From an uncultured virus (IMG/VR IMGVR_UViG_3300025322_000014) (Duplodnaviria; Heunggongvirae; Uroviricota; Caudoviricetes), in IMG/VR virus record IMGVR_UViG_3300025322_000014: a stretch of DNA of 64,000 nucleotides. One strand, given 5' to 3'. The notes beneath the pieces are model-generated. The model was not told the DNA's origin, did not search any database, and saw only the letters and a list, made by a program, of their open reading frames with translations. Every line of letters begins with the position of its first letter. The stretch's first letter is position 1. Positions 26,105-35,797 of this stretch are shown here, one piece after another. A program made the translations under genes and the position numbers.

Positions 26105-26576
26105 CGCGGTACCACCTATCCAAAATCTTCCAGACCGATTTCGCCGCCGCATATCGCCCCGGCCGCCAGTACCAATGAACCCCGCGGAAACGTTGATTCC
26201 ACGCGAGTATCGAGCTGTCCAGCGATGCCGGATTGTACCCGGTCTTGATCGCAGCCCAGTGCATCACGTTTTGCCACAAATCTTCGACAATAACAGCCGC
26301 AAAATCAAGCTGCTGAAGCCTGGCAAGTTCACGCTCAAAGCGATCGCGATTATGGGCCACCGTGCTCACCAAATCTTTGCAAGACTTACGTTCAATCGCC
26401 ACGCGGTTTTCAAACCCGACAATGCTGTAGTCACCCTGCTGCAGAGTCGCAACCTGCGCGAGTATGATAATCGGAGTTTTATTTTTGCCGACGGTGATGC
26501 CCTCGAAGCTGAAGGGTTGCTGCTCACGTGAATCAATCGCTATTACAAACGGGCACTTGCTTTCCATAGCTCTCAA
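26073..26576 (-). CDS. ERCC4-domain nuclease
   Basis: IDSREQ, GDYS, IERKS..DL. Confidence 0.9.
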   Translation of the reverse strand: MRAMESKCPFVIAIDSREQQPFSFEGITVGKNKTPIIILAQVATLQQGDYSIVGFENRVAIERKSCKDLVSTVAHNRDRFERELARLQQLDFAAVIVEDLWQNVMHWAAIKTGYNPASLDSSILAWNQRFRGVHWYWRPGRYAAAKSVWKILDRWYRDERRRAKKEV

Positions 26577-28755
26577 ACCAATCGAGCATGAAACTTTTGC
26601 GATCCCATATCCGAATTTGTCGGCATGCGTTGCGAAGAGTATCGTTTTTGGTAAAAAGTATGCACAAATCTTGGGCGCGAGTCAACGCAGTATAAATCCA
26701 TTCGACTGAGGTTACCATGCTTGCCTTGTAATCTCCGCTAAGCATTACCGCCGTAACTGACGATTGCGAGCCCTGGAATTTGTGACCTGTGCAGCAGTAA
26801 CCCAAGTCGAAACCAGCGCCGATAGGACCACAAGGAATATACAAAGAAAGCTTGGGATTTGATTCCATTGTAACAACAATGCGTCTCTCAAGCGATCTAG
26901 TAACATAACCTGTTTCTCCATTGGCAACGTAGTGCTCCTCTCCTGCGATTTGCTGGCCGCGGTCATCAGCGGCCTTGAAACGAGAGTTTGCCGTGCACAT
27001 CACTCTGTCGCCGACCTTGAAAATCGAATGCAAGCCTCCGGCGCCTGGATTTATTTGTCTTTGCAGCACCCGATTCAATTCGTCTTTCCCGGCGGGACTA
27101 CCTGCGTTCGTCGCGGTGATGACCTGAAAGTCCCGCTTTAGATCAGTCCCCCGTTGCTGCAAGTCAACAACAAAACGCAGCAACTTTTGCTGCGCAGCTT
27201 CGTCGTCCTCGCAATGCACCAGTTGGAGATTATCCGCTGGATCGTTCGTGATGATTGGCTGCGATACCGGATCAAGCATCGGCAACTTCTTCTCGCGAAT
27301 CTCTTTGCACACCATTGCGATCTTGCCTGCGTTTCGGTGCACCTCAGTCAGCCGACCGTAGGTGTACCTCGGATTCGCATCACACCAGGCTTCCCAATCA
27401 CGAAGCATTGTACCGCGACCAACCGGCGGCAGTTGACTTGGATCCCCCAGCATGAGGATCAAGGTATCCTTCGACACCGCCTTCAGCAGCGTTGCCGCGA
27501 GGTAATTATCGAGCATACTTACTTCATCAACCACGAGCAAATCTGCGCCGATCTGCTCCGCGATGCCATCAACTCCAAAGATCCAGTTTCCATTTGCGGG
27601 CCTAGCTTTCAACAACCGGTGAATCGTCGTAGGAACGATGTCTGTGATACCCCGCTTGCGCAAAAAATGGCCCATTCGCTGCGCGGCCTTGCCGGTCGGC
27701 GCGCAGGCTATGATCCGTTTGTACTGCTTCATAACCGCCGCGGCGGACGATGTTTTGCCTGTTCCTGCGGAGCCAAGAAGGAACGCAATTCCCCCGTTCG
27801 CAAAAGCCTTATGTAGTTCCGTGGCCTGATGCGCTGTTATACCTTTGCCGTACATATTCGGGATAATAGCCAATTCAGTTGTATGGCTTTTTTCAATAAG
27901 CAATCGACACATTTGCTCTTCGAGCTTCGCAGCCTCAGCCAACGCTAGATACCCTTGTCGGTAAACGATCATGCCATCGTGCACGCGGTTGTTGATACAC
28001 GTCCTCACGATATCGGTGTCAGACTGCAAGAAGTTAGCCACCTCAGCCAGGAAAATATCCTTCTGAATCCAGGTCTCGCTACTTTTGTCTTTGAATACCT
28101 GGATCACAGCCGCCCCGTATCGCTCGGGCATATATGCCGGCAGGCCAAGCTTGGTACGCAGCTGGTCACACCGATTGAATCCGCATCCGGTAAATTGCAT
28201 CAGCCAGAACGGGTTTATCGTGATCTTTCCGACCGGGTCCGGTGTGCTCGTGTCTGTGATTCGCTCAGGAAGGTCCTTCGGAAACGCGATGCCGGAGAGC
28301 AGAGTGATGAGGGGTAACTGACTTTCAATTTTGCCGAGGAGATCTGCCAACAAGGCAGCCGCGCCCTTCTTATCGACCACGTGTTTGGGCAGAATCTCCG
28401 GGTTCCGAATGATAGCCTCCACCGCACCATCGCCGTAGGCATCCCACAGCTTACTGGCGGTAACTTTTCCGACGCCGGGCACGGAAGAAATCAGCGCGAT
28501 CATTCCTTCGCGGCCGGCGGGTCGGCAGAGTGCGTGGCTGGAGAACTTAAATTGGCGACCGTACTCCGAGTCCTCCCAGTTTCCAAACAGCACCAAGTCC
28601 ATGTTGGTGTTTCGGGCGGCGTCGGAGATTAAGCCAACAGCCTTGAAGTCGCCGAACTCTTTGTTGTAGAAACGAAAAACCCCCCAACTCTGACCGGAGG
28701 AGTTTGGTGGTTTGATATGGATGTGTCCCTGGTAAGCAACTTTGATTTGTGGCAT
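26533..28755 (-). CDS. RecD2/TraA-like SF1 helicase
   Basis: HhH GVGKVTA; GSAGTGKT, APTGKAA, VVDEVSM, GDPSQLPPV, HKFQGSQ, YTALTRA. Confidence 0.93.
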   Translation of the reverse strand: MPQIKVAYQGHIHIKPPNSSGQSWGVFRFYNKEFGDFKAVGLISDAARNTNMDLVLFGNWEDSEYGRQFKFSSHALCRPAGREGMIALISSVPGVGKVTASKLWDAYGDGAVEAIIRNPEILPKHVVDKKGAAALLADLLGKIESQLPLITLLSGIAFPKDLPERITDTSTPDPVGKITINPFWLMQFTGCGFNRCDQLRTKLGLPAYMPERYGAAVIQVFKDKSSETWIQKDIFLAEVANFLQSDTDIVRTCINNRVHDGMIVYRQGYLALAEAAKLEEQMCRLLIEKSHTTELAIIPNMYGKGITAHQATELHKAFANGGIAFLLGSAGTGKTSSAAAVMKQYKRIIACAPTGKAAQRMGHFLRKRGITDIVPTTIHRLLKARPANGNWIFGVDGIAEQIGADLLVVDEVSMLDNYLAATLLKAVSKDTLILMLGDPSQLPPVGRGTMLRDWEAWCDANPRYTYGRLTEVHRNAGKIAMVCKEIREKKLPMLDPVSQPIITNDPADNLQLVHCEDDEAAQQKLLRFVVDLQQRGTDLKRDFQVITATNAGSPAGKDELNRVLQRQINPGAGGLHSIFKVGDRVMCTANSRFKAADDRGQQIAGEEHYVANGETGYVTRSLERRIVVTMESNPKLSLYIPCGPIGAGFDLGYCCTGHKFQGSQSSVTAVMLSGDYKASMVTSVEWIYTALTRAQDLCILFTKNDTLRNACRQIRIWDRKSFMLDWFESYGKQVPVCNSD

Positions 28756-28770
28756 TTTTCTTTTCGCAAA

Positions 28771-29109
28771 TCAGCCATATAGCGGCAGCCAATAATCAAC
28801 ATCATCAAGTTCCCAGCCCCACGGTTCGTCTGCCTCCTCGACATTTAAAAAATCATCGTCGCATCTGATCGTAATCACAGCGAGGCAATACCTGTAGAGC
28901 CAATCTGGTTTGTCATTATCGATACACACAGGAACCGCCGCAAGGATTACTTGGCCATCGCACCATATTGTGTGTGAATCCTTTGTCTTCCAGTCACACT
29001 GTTGCAGCGACGCTGGTAACAGTGTCCGGTCTGGGGAATGGGTGTGAATCTCGCGCTTTTTCACGTTATGCTCCTGACAAAAACAACCCCGCGCGTGCTT
29101 CCTGCACAT
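28771..29109 (-). CDS. Hypothetical protein
   Basis: ORF in operon; start uncertain. Confidence 0.55.
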   Translation of the reverse strand: MCRKHARGCFCQEHNVKKREIHTHSPDRTLLPASLQQCDWKTKDSHTIWCDGQVILAAVPVCIDNDKPDWLYRYCLAVITIRCDDDFLNVEEADEPWGWELDDVDYWLPLYG

Positions 29110-29154
29110 GCGGGGAAGAGGAATTACGGCCTCCTGCCTCTGCGCAGCTGTGGC

Positions 29155-29631
29155 TCAGAATGGGATCTCGCTGCTCGGGTCGCTGCTCTTTTCAAAATCG
29201 TACCGCGGGTATCCCTGCGCTTCCGGCGATTTCGGGTTTACAAACGTAAATTCCACGCCAACCTTTGCCTTCCCTTGATAAGTGCTGGCTTCAAGATTGG
29301 TCATGAAATCGCGATGGCGCGACATTTCGAACGGGATTTCCACATTATTTCCCGACGCCATTTTGCGGATAATCTCCTCTTTCGTTACGACGCCACACGC
29401 GATTAAATAGGAGAAGGCACGATTCAATGACTTACCATCCTTTTTGAACCAGATCCTGAGTTTCTTGTTTTCCTGCCCCGGTTTCTCGTGCGCCTTGATG
29501 ACGCACAAAACTTCCAGGGTATCCTCCTTTTCGATCGTGTCGATCACAAGAAGGTGGCACTTTCCTGGCAGTGGAAGCCCCGAAGAATCCATTGACTTGG
29601 GATCGAAGTCGGCTGTGTTGAAAACGGTCAT
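29155..29631 (-). CDS. Putative single-stranded DNA-binding protein
   Basis: Follows AAA ATPase; acidic tail ending EIPF. Confidence 0.5.
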   Translation of the reverse strand: MTVFNTADFDPKSMDSSGLPLPGKCHLLVIDTIEKEDTLEVLCVIKAHEKPGQENKKLRIWFKKDGKSLNRAFSYLIACGVVTKEEIIRKMASGNNVEIPFEMSRHRDFMTNLEASTYQGKAKVGVEFTFVNPKSPEAQGYPRYDFEKSSDPSSEIPF

Positions 29632-29634
29632 AGA

Positions 29635-30855
29635 TCAACTACCCTTTAATTTAGAGGCAGCTTCTAACGCGATTCCCTTCATGAATTGCCCGTACTCCGC
29701 GCGGGTCAACTGTTTTACTCTTTCTATGTTTGCAGCAGCCGGCTCGACGCCTCGCCGCCGCAGCATTTTGTCAATTCCGTCGTTCACGCGGCAAAACATA
29801 CCAATTGCTTTCGCTGCTGAAAGCAAATCGAGAGCCTCATCATCCGTCAGAGGCTTCTCGATTTCCATCCTGTCGGGCTCTTCATTGATTGGCCGCCGCT
29901 CCTTGCTTTGGCTTTGAGCCCGCTCCCTCGCGACTCGGTTGGCCTCCGCTATTGCCGAGTCGATCTTCGCTGCCTCAAGCTTCGCCTCCATACTTGCGCG
30001 TTCATCAGCGGCAATACTAGCTTGAAACTCCATCTTCTGCCCCTCCGTGAGTTCCTTATCCTTTACCCTTTCCTCCTCTGGAACTACGTCATAATTGGCA
30101 GGATTTAAAATGTAATGCCGTATGGTATTCGGTGTTGCGACAGGCAGCCGCACGGGCAGATATGGTTGGATGGTCAACACTCCATCGTTCAGACTTTTGT
30201 GACACAGCCTATCCTTCAAGACACGAGCGCTCGGTGCTTTCGGCGCTGTGCCGTCGGCACGAGGTTCTCGGTCCAGAAAAAGATATAGAGAAGCGAGCTG
30301 ATAGAAAGCCCCGCGGCCGCGCGGAATGAGTGGGCCTGTGCTCTTTCGCAAGGATTCATTCCAGCCTTGTTTGGTGTGATTGCAGAAACAAAAGCACTCA
30401 CAGCGCGAGGCTACTTCTAGTAGCGTCTGCTCCCAAAACGAGTTGCAATAGGACTGCATAACACCGCCGGTTGCGGCAAAGGTCTCAGGGCTCTTGAACC
30501 CATAATCGGAATGTTTGTGCTTGATATAGTCGACCAGGCCTGTTTCCAGGCGATCCGCCGGATCGGTTACAATAACGGCATACTTACCTGCGGGAATCGC
30601 CCGCATCGACTCGAGCCACAACTGGAACAATTGACGCGGCATAGCCCCATTAGGATATTGTTTCAGCAAGACTGATGCGAAGTCAATTCGCTCAAGACCG
30701 GTATGCTCCCAGCCGATCGCCCCGCACTCTAGATCACAGCACAAAGTCCCTTTTGGGAAGATCGAAAGTGCGAATGTAGTTTTTCCGGAGCCATGTCCCC
30801 CTGTGATACCGATGACAGGGATTGAGATACCGTTTGGCCACAGGCTACTTGACAT
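29635..30855 (-). CDS. AAA/P-loop ATPase (Sak4-like recombination protein)
   Basis: GGHGSGKTT, DLE.G, VIVTD. Confidence 0.75.
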   Translation of the reverse strand: MSSSLWPNGISIPVIGITGGHGSGKTTFALSIFPKGTLCCDLECGAIGWEHTGLERIDFASVLLKQYPNGAMPRQLFQLWLESMRAIPAGKYAVIVTDPADRLETGLVDYIKHKHSDYGFKSPETFAATGGVMQSYCNSFWEQTLLEVASRCECFCFCNHTKQGWNESLRKSTGPLIPRGRGAFYQLASLYLFLDREPRADGTAPKAPSARVLKDRLCHKSLNDGVLTIQPYLPVRLPVATPNTIRHYILNPANYDVVPEEERVKDKELTEGQKMEFQASIAADERASMEAKLEAAKIDSAIAEANRVARERAQSQSKERRPINEEPDRMEIEKPLTDDEALDLLSAAKAIGMFCRVNDGIDKMLRRRGVEPAAANIERVKQLTRAEYGQFMKGIALEAASKLKGS

Positions 30856-31355
30856 CTTGAGTTCCTTAAATAATCGATTGCCTTAGACGCGATTTCTTCT
30901 GAGTCTCTCATGCGGCCCAGCATTGTATTACAATTTACACACAGGATCCCTCGTATTTTCCCGCTGTCATGAGAGTGATCCGTTTGCCAACCTTGCCCAC
31001 CAGGTTCTGATGCTCCGCAGATTGCACATGTGTTTCCTTGCGCATCAAATAGGCTGCGCCATTCCGGCAACGTTAGGCCGTATTTTCTTTTTAGGTTATT
31101 TTTCCGATTTAAAACTCGCGTGCGATTTAGATTGGATTCTCGCCACTTTTTATTGGCCGCTTTTACTCGGTCCGGGTTGGCCCTTCGCCATTTTTCGGCA
31201 CGAACTCTCGCGCGCTCTCGATTGGCCTCTAAATATTTTTGATTACCAACGTTTTTGCACTTCTTGCATTGGCTTGTTAAACCCTCTTTTGCGTATTTAT
31301 TTTTATAGAACTCATTCCTCGGTTTTGTCTCCCCGCACTTCGTACATTGTTTCAT
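30729..31355 (-). CDS. Endonuclease VII-like (homing-type) nuclease
   Basis: KQCTKCG, KYGL..QGNTCAICG, DHSHDSGKIRGILC.NCN; tail overlaps ATPase start. Confidence 0.9.
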   Translation of the reverse strand: MKQCTKCGETKPRNEFYKNKYAKEGLTSQCKKCKNVGNQKYLEANRERARVRAEKWRRANPDRVKAANKKWRESNLNRTRVLNRKNNLKRKYGLTLPEWRSLFDAQGNTCAICGASEPGGQGWQTDHSHDSGKIRGILCVNCNTMLGRMRDSEEIASKAIDYLRNSRCQVACGQTVSQSLSSVSQGDMAPEKLHSHFRSSQKGLCAVI

Positions 31356-31642
31356 GACTCGCCACTCTCGCCCAAATCTTCACAGTCATTCTCCGCCGGC
31401 AGTTTCTCACCGACTACCAGGCTAAGCCGATACGAATGCTCGCGGAGAACCGTGTCGGCGTGACTGCCCTCCTGCAAGGTTAACTTGGAGGTCTGAAGAT
31501 CAACAAGGGCCGCAGTGAACACCGTTCCTTCGGCGAACTCGCCAATCTCTTGCTTCAGCTTTACATCATAGTAGACGGCAATCCCCTCGTCAATAGAGTC
31601 CCACCCTCGCCACTCAAACCACTTAGATTCACACGATGTCAT
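31352..31642 (-). CDS. Hypothetical protein
   Basis: 96 aa, coupled overlap. Confidence 0.7.
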   Translation of the reverse strand: MTSCESKWFEWRGWDSIDEGIAVYYDVKLKQEIGEFAEGTVFTAALVDLQTSKLTLQEGSHADTVLREHSYRLSLVVGEKLPAENDCEDLGESGES

Positions 31643-31648
31643 GCTCGG

Positions 31649-32464
31649 CTATGCTCCTGTAATTAGACCCATACATTTGGCCACATTGTATGTGGCAATA
31701 ATATCCGACGCCAAATACCGTTCGGCCAATTCCTTCTGCCCGTCGCGAAGCAGCTGCCAGAATTGGTCGCCGGTTACGCCTTCTAGTTTCCCTTGGACGC
31801 CCATCAGCTTCGCTAGATGGTCAAGCTTCGCGTACGCGCGATTGTCGCCACAGCTCCATCGCCGCAGCGTGTCTTCGACAAAGTCTTCTGGTTTCCCATA
31901 CTTCGTGAAGAGGTAGGGAGGGTTTATGCCGTACTTCCACGACCGGCGCGTCAAGAACGGCAAGTCAAAATTGTTGCTGTTATGCCCGATCAGTCGCCCC
32001 CCGTGCCGGCGGATTTCGACCACCATATCCCAGAAATCCCCGAGCATCTCCCATTCGCCCCGCATGTCGACGTAAACACGTAAGCCTTCGGCGGTGTCGA
32101 TGCCATAACCAATTGCCAGCACGCGGCCGCAAATTGAGCTGAGCGGAGCGGAATTGATAAAATCTGTCCACGCTGCTTGCTTGGCCGCTTCAACCGCGGG
32201 CTTCCAATCTCGCACGCGCTCGTCATGCTTCGCGCATTCTTCTGCGATCTTCGCGCCGATTTTTATCGGATCTTTGAGGTTGCCGACTTTCACTGCCTTA
32301 GGATCAAACTTGCCGGGATCAGCGGGCAGAGCAATTTTTGTCTCGTCATAAAACTGGCGCAGGACCGCTTCGCACTCCGGACCAGTCTCGATGTCGAAGC
32401 AAACCTTCGGGAACTCGCGGTTCAATAGGCGAAAAAACTGCTCGCGGTCAATCACGTTTGACAT
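31649..32464 (-). CDS. DnaQ/PolB-type 3'-5' exonuclease
   Basis: FDIET, GHNSNNFDLPFL.RR, Y..SD. Confidence 0.88.
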   Translation of the reverse strand: MSNVIDREQFFRLLNREFPKVCFDIETGPECEAVLRQFYDETKIALPADPGKFDPKAVKVGNLKDPIKIGAKIAEECAKHDERVRDWKPAVEAAKQAAWTDFINSAPLSSICGRVLAIGYGIDTAEGLRVYVDMRGEWEMLGDFWDMVVEIRRHGGRLIGHNSNNFDLPFLTRRSWKYGINPPYLFTKYGKPEDFVEDTLRRWSCGDNRAYAKLDHLAKLMGVQGKLEGVTGDQFWQLLRDGQKELAERYLASDIIATYNVAKCMGLITGA

Positions 32465-32465
32465 C

Positions 32466-32636
32466 TCAGCTGCTTTCCCATGTGAATACGTAGTAAAAAA
32501 CATAAAACCAACTGCAGATACCGTGTAGCGCTGCCCAAAGAATTGATTTGTGCAAGGACCATGAGATCGTAACGGCGATTACTGATCCGAGGCCAACCCC
32601 ACAGTGGCTGATTGTGGTACTAGTGCTGTCACTCAT
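32466..32636 (-). CDS. Small membrane protein
   Basis: 56 aa GLGSVIAVTISWS..KSILWAALHG..SWFYV (below ORF-track cutoff). Confidence 0.7.
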   Translation of the reverse strand: MSDSTSTTISHCGVGLGSVIAVTISWSLHKSILWAALHGICSWFYVFYYVFTWESS

Positions 32637-32662
32637 AAACCACTTTCTTTTTGCTATTTAGG

Positions 32663-32854
32663 CTAAGCGTTCGACACCGCGCGTAATTCATTTAGCCGGA
32701 TAATCTGCTTTGTCCCGGCCGCACTTTTCGGCGTGACGACATGCACGAGGAAATATAGAGTAGGCTCCCAACCGCGGGACCGGCCGTCGATGGTCTGAAG
32801 CACCGTTCCGGTCAGAAAGCTAGTGCGTACTAAGTCGCCTTGCTTGACAAGCAT
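32663..32854 (-). CDS. Hypothetical protein
   Basis: First gene after the promoter. Confidence 0.6.
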   Translation of the reverse strand: MLVKQGDLVRTSFLTGTVLQTIDGRSRGWEPTLYFLVHVVTPKSAAGTKQIIRLNELRAVSNA

Positions 32855-32910
32855 AAATGCCCTAAAGGAAAGAAAAGGCCACAACGGTTGCAATGCATCC
32901 GTCTGGCCTT

Positions 32911-32939
32911 ATTATACCAAGGTCTCGGGCCTGAGTAAA
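32911..32939 (-). promoter_or_regulatory. Sigma70-type promoter driving the replication module
   Basis: TTTACT-17 nt-TATAAT with extended TG on the - strand. Confidence 0.65.
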
Positions 32940-32954
32940 GGCCCTTCGATCCTT

Positions 32955-33239
32955 TTATTTTTGGATTAGAATGAGAATTTGTGCTTGGAGGTCTCGGATC
33001 TCCGATACATCCTGTCGGATATAATCGATGTCCTGCCGGAGGCCCGCCACCTGTTTGTCGGCATACACTTGAGCCTCAGCTACTATCCGGCGCTCATCGT
33101 CCACCGTCAGGCTGCGGTATTCAGCGCTTGCCATGCCGATCAAAATCCAGCCCAACACACCAAGAACGGCTGTGAGAAACACGGGAGCTGTGAACAGGAC
33201 GATATCTTTCCAGAGTTTAGAACCCATTTTGCTACTCAT
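32955..33239 (-). CDS. Single-TM coiled-coil protein (holin/hemolysin-like candidate)
   Basis: N-terminal hydrophobic helix plus heptad pattern. Confidence 0.5.
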   Translation of the reverse strand: MSSKMGSKLWKDIVLFTAPVFLTAVLGVLGWILIGMASAEYRSLTVDDERRIVAEAQVYADKQVAGLRQDIDYIRQDVSEIRDLQAQILILIQK

Positions 33240-33587
33240 TGAGTCGATTATCGATTCGTTCGGTCGCCGCGTCGACTATTACCGGCCCGAACCGCCCCCA
33301 TACTTTAGACAGAACGGGGCGATTCATTAGCATGTAGGGCACCGCTGTCGTGGCGGCGAACGTGAGAGCCATAACCGCCAGTTTCTTAACGAGAAGCGCT
33401 TTAAGCATGGCTATTTGCCCTTCTTCTTCTTCTTCTTCGGGGCTTTGGCCGGCAATCCCTTAGGACTTTGCCCGGCGACAAACTCCTTAGCTTGGGTCGT
33501 ACTTGGGCCGCCCTTTTTCCGGGCTCGACCATGAGCTACCGCTTGCATGTACGAAAATTGCGCTTGAGAGACTGCAGGAGCCATGCC

Positions 33588-33980
33588 TTACTCCTTAGCC
33601 GGCGCTGGCGTGACGGTTACGATAACACCCAGCTTTTTCTGAATGTAATCCACCAGCGCGGTGCGACTATCCGTGTCGGCGAGGCGTTTGTCAAGTTGTG
33701 TCTTCAGAAACAAATCGACTGCCTGCTTAGATAATTCGGCGTCGCCGACGATCTCATGCATATGCTGCAGGGCATACAAGCTGCCTGAATAATTACCGAT
33801 CGAATACTCAGTTAACAGAGAACTCAATGTTGGAAGGCCATTAGCCTGGCACCACGCGCCCAAGCGAGCAGCCTGCCGGCGGCGATCTTCCACGCGGGTA
33901 TCAGCTTTTACCAAAAGCTTACCACCAAAAAACGCTCCTGCTGAAATCCCTGCAATCAGCAGCATCGACTGCATGTCCAT
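33588..33980 (-). CDS. Membrane-anchored hypothetical protein
   Basis: N-terminal hydrophobic segment. Confidence 0.7.
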   Translation of the reverse strand: MDMQSMLLIAGISAGAFFGGKLLVKADTRVEDRRRQAARLGAWCQANGLPTLSSLLTEYSIGNYSGSLYALQHMHEIVGDAELSKQAVDLFLKTQLDKRLADTDSRTALVDYIQKKLGVIVTVTPAPAKE

Positions 33981-34000
33981 GTTGTGTCTCCAAATCCAAA

Positions 34001-34699
34001 TTAAGAGTGGTCAAATGATTTCCAGATACCCAGGCCTGCGGCAGCAAGTGGAATCAGTAAAGCGAGCAACGGTATGCCTCCCTCGTCCTCCTCTGGTGCC
34101 GTAGGCGGAATAATCGTCGGCACAATTGGCTTGATCTCTGGTGGCGGTGTAACAGGCGACAGCGGAGGAGCAGGTTGTGGCTGGGGTTGCGGATGGGGGG
34201 CGGGCCGTGGCAAAGGCACTCGTGGTAGAACGGGATAAGGGCACGGACCGCCGGGAGGGCACGGCCGTTGCTGCTTCGCAGCATATGTGTCGACTGCGTC
34301 CTGCAATCTGCGCGCCAGAACACTTGTTTTGAGATTGTTACTGGCGGCAAAGAATACGACCTGAGACTTCCCTGTTTCATCGGGCGGGGCTTGCAACAGC
34401 AACGCAGGCCGCTGGGTTCCGAGAAACGTGGCCCAATCTGTTTTTCTCACGGTCGGAGTGGCATCGGTCCACTCGTTGTACACCACCTGTGGTTTGAGCT
34501 GAATCATTGCCTTGTTGGTGGCCATAAAATCCAGGAGATTTCGATCAGCTTCCGTGGGTAGTTCACTTACCACCAGGGTGAGATACCACCGTCCCGCGGC
34601 GATCTCTGGCAAATTGATCACACGCTCTGTGACTTGCGACCCAGCGAGGGCCAGTGAGGATGCCAGAAACAACATCAAAGAACCAAGAAATGTGCGCAT
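34001..34699 (-). CDS. Exported protein with Pro-rich linker and C-terminal TM anchor
   Basis: Signal peptide; CPPGGPCP; Pro tract; IPLLALLIPLAAAGLGIW. Confidence 0.75.
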   Translation of the reverse strand: MRTFLGSLMLFLASSLALAGSQVTERVINLPEIAAGRWYLTLVVSELPTEADRNLLDFMATNKAMIQLKPQVVYNEWTDATPTVRKTDWATFLGTQRPALLLQAPPDETGKSQVVFFAASNNLKTSVLARRLQDAVDTYAAKQQRPCPPGGPCPYPVLPRVPLPRPAPHPQPQPQPAPPLSPVTPPPEIKPIVPTIIPPTAPEEDEGGIPLLALLIPLAAAGLGIWKSFDHS

Positions 34700-34727
34700 A
34701 GTGTGCTCCTGTGTGAGGCCTCGGTAA

Positions 34728-35264
34728 TTATTCGGGTAAAACCTGCTGACGGCAATCGCTTAGTGCGTTTTCGGATAGGGCGGAGGGTTCGTATTGGACC
34801 AGGATTTCCTTGGCGTATCTTATCAGGTCCTCAACTCGCTGTCCAGCCGGCTGGCTTTTGCACCAAAGTTCTAGATTTTCGGGACGGTTGTCTTTCCTGA
34901 TCCCATTTTTATGGTGAACAGTTTCGTTGGATCTTAGTCTTCTCCCAATAATCTTCTCTGCGACAAGCCTGTGATCAAAAATATATCCCCTCCCAGGTAT
35001 ATTAGTCTTTGTGTATCCCTGGTTTTCAATTTTTCCACCTTTCCAATTTGTGCTGAATTTTCCTGTTCTTGCACACCGGCCGGCATAAAAGTCTTTGAGT
35101 AGACACCCACAACTTCTTGTCTTGTGCGCAGTAAGTTCTCTTCCATCTATGATTTTTGAGTTTCCACAATCACAGACACACAACCATTTTCTGTTTCCTT
35201 TGTAGGATACAGCTGTTAAACGGCCGTACTGCTTTCCTGTCCGGTCTAATATTGGCTTGGCCAT
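34728..35264 (-). CDS. HNH homing endonuclease
   Basis: TGKQYGRLT..WLCVCDCG; HRLVAE..VHHKNG...DNRPENL. Confidence 0.9.
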   Translation of the reverse strand: MAKPILDRTGKQYGRLTAVSYKGNRKWLCVCDCGNSKIIDGRELTAHKTRSCGCLLKDFYAGRCARTGKFSTNWKGGKIENQGYTKTNIPGRGYIFDHRLVAEKIIGRRLRSNETVHHKNGIRKDNRPENLELWCKSQPAGQRVEDLIRYAKEILVQYEPSALSENALSDCRQQVLPE

Positions 35265-35794
35265 GGAGGTGGAGGCATCCGAATAAAAGTCCAACAGAAA
35301 CTTCCGCGTGCTCTCCATTCCAGCAGAAAAGCCTCACGGTCATAAACAATATAGGTCTGCGATGTGTTATTGTCAAGCACTATAGCTTTTTTTCCGCCTT
35401 CAATGTATCCGAGAAAGTTTTGGGCATGGGCCTGGCCAAAAAAAATTCCCGCTGGGATCCGGTTTCGTGAGCACCATTCAAGCAATTCTTCACTACCATC
35501 ACTTGAGTACGCAAACTTCAAACCAGAGTCTTGCATGTGTTGAATGTGACTTGTGGTTATTTCTCCCCCTTCAAAATTCTGTCTCCACCAAGTTGCGTGC
35601 TCATACAATCCTAAAAAATTTAAAATCGTGATTGTGCTGGCGTTAACGCAGCTTCCTCGGCTATCTCTACTCGAGTCCCAATTTGGTTGCCTTAACTGCC
35701 ACGGCACGTCTGCTAGTGTCTCTATAACTTTACCCGGCGTCTGCGCCGCAACCGGCGCCGCGCACAACATCAGAAATATCACCGTTCGGTGCAT
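35246..35794 (-). CDS. Exported papain-fold (C39-like) cysteine peptidase
   Basis: Signal peptide; GSCVNAS, HAQNF, LDNN putative Cys-His-Asp. Confidence 0.65.
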   Translation of the reverse strand: MHRTVIFLMLCAAPVAAQTPGKVIETLADVPWQLRQPNWDSSRDSRGSCVNASTITILNFLGLYEHATWWRQNFEGGEITTSHIQHMQDSGLKFAYSSDGSEELLEWCSRNRIPAGIFFGQAHAQNFLGYIEGGKKAIVLDNNTSQTYIVYDREAFLLEWRARGSFCWTFIRMPPPPWPSQY

Positions 35795-35797
35795 ATT

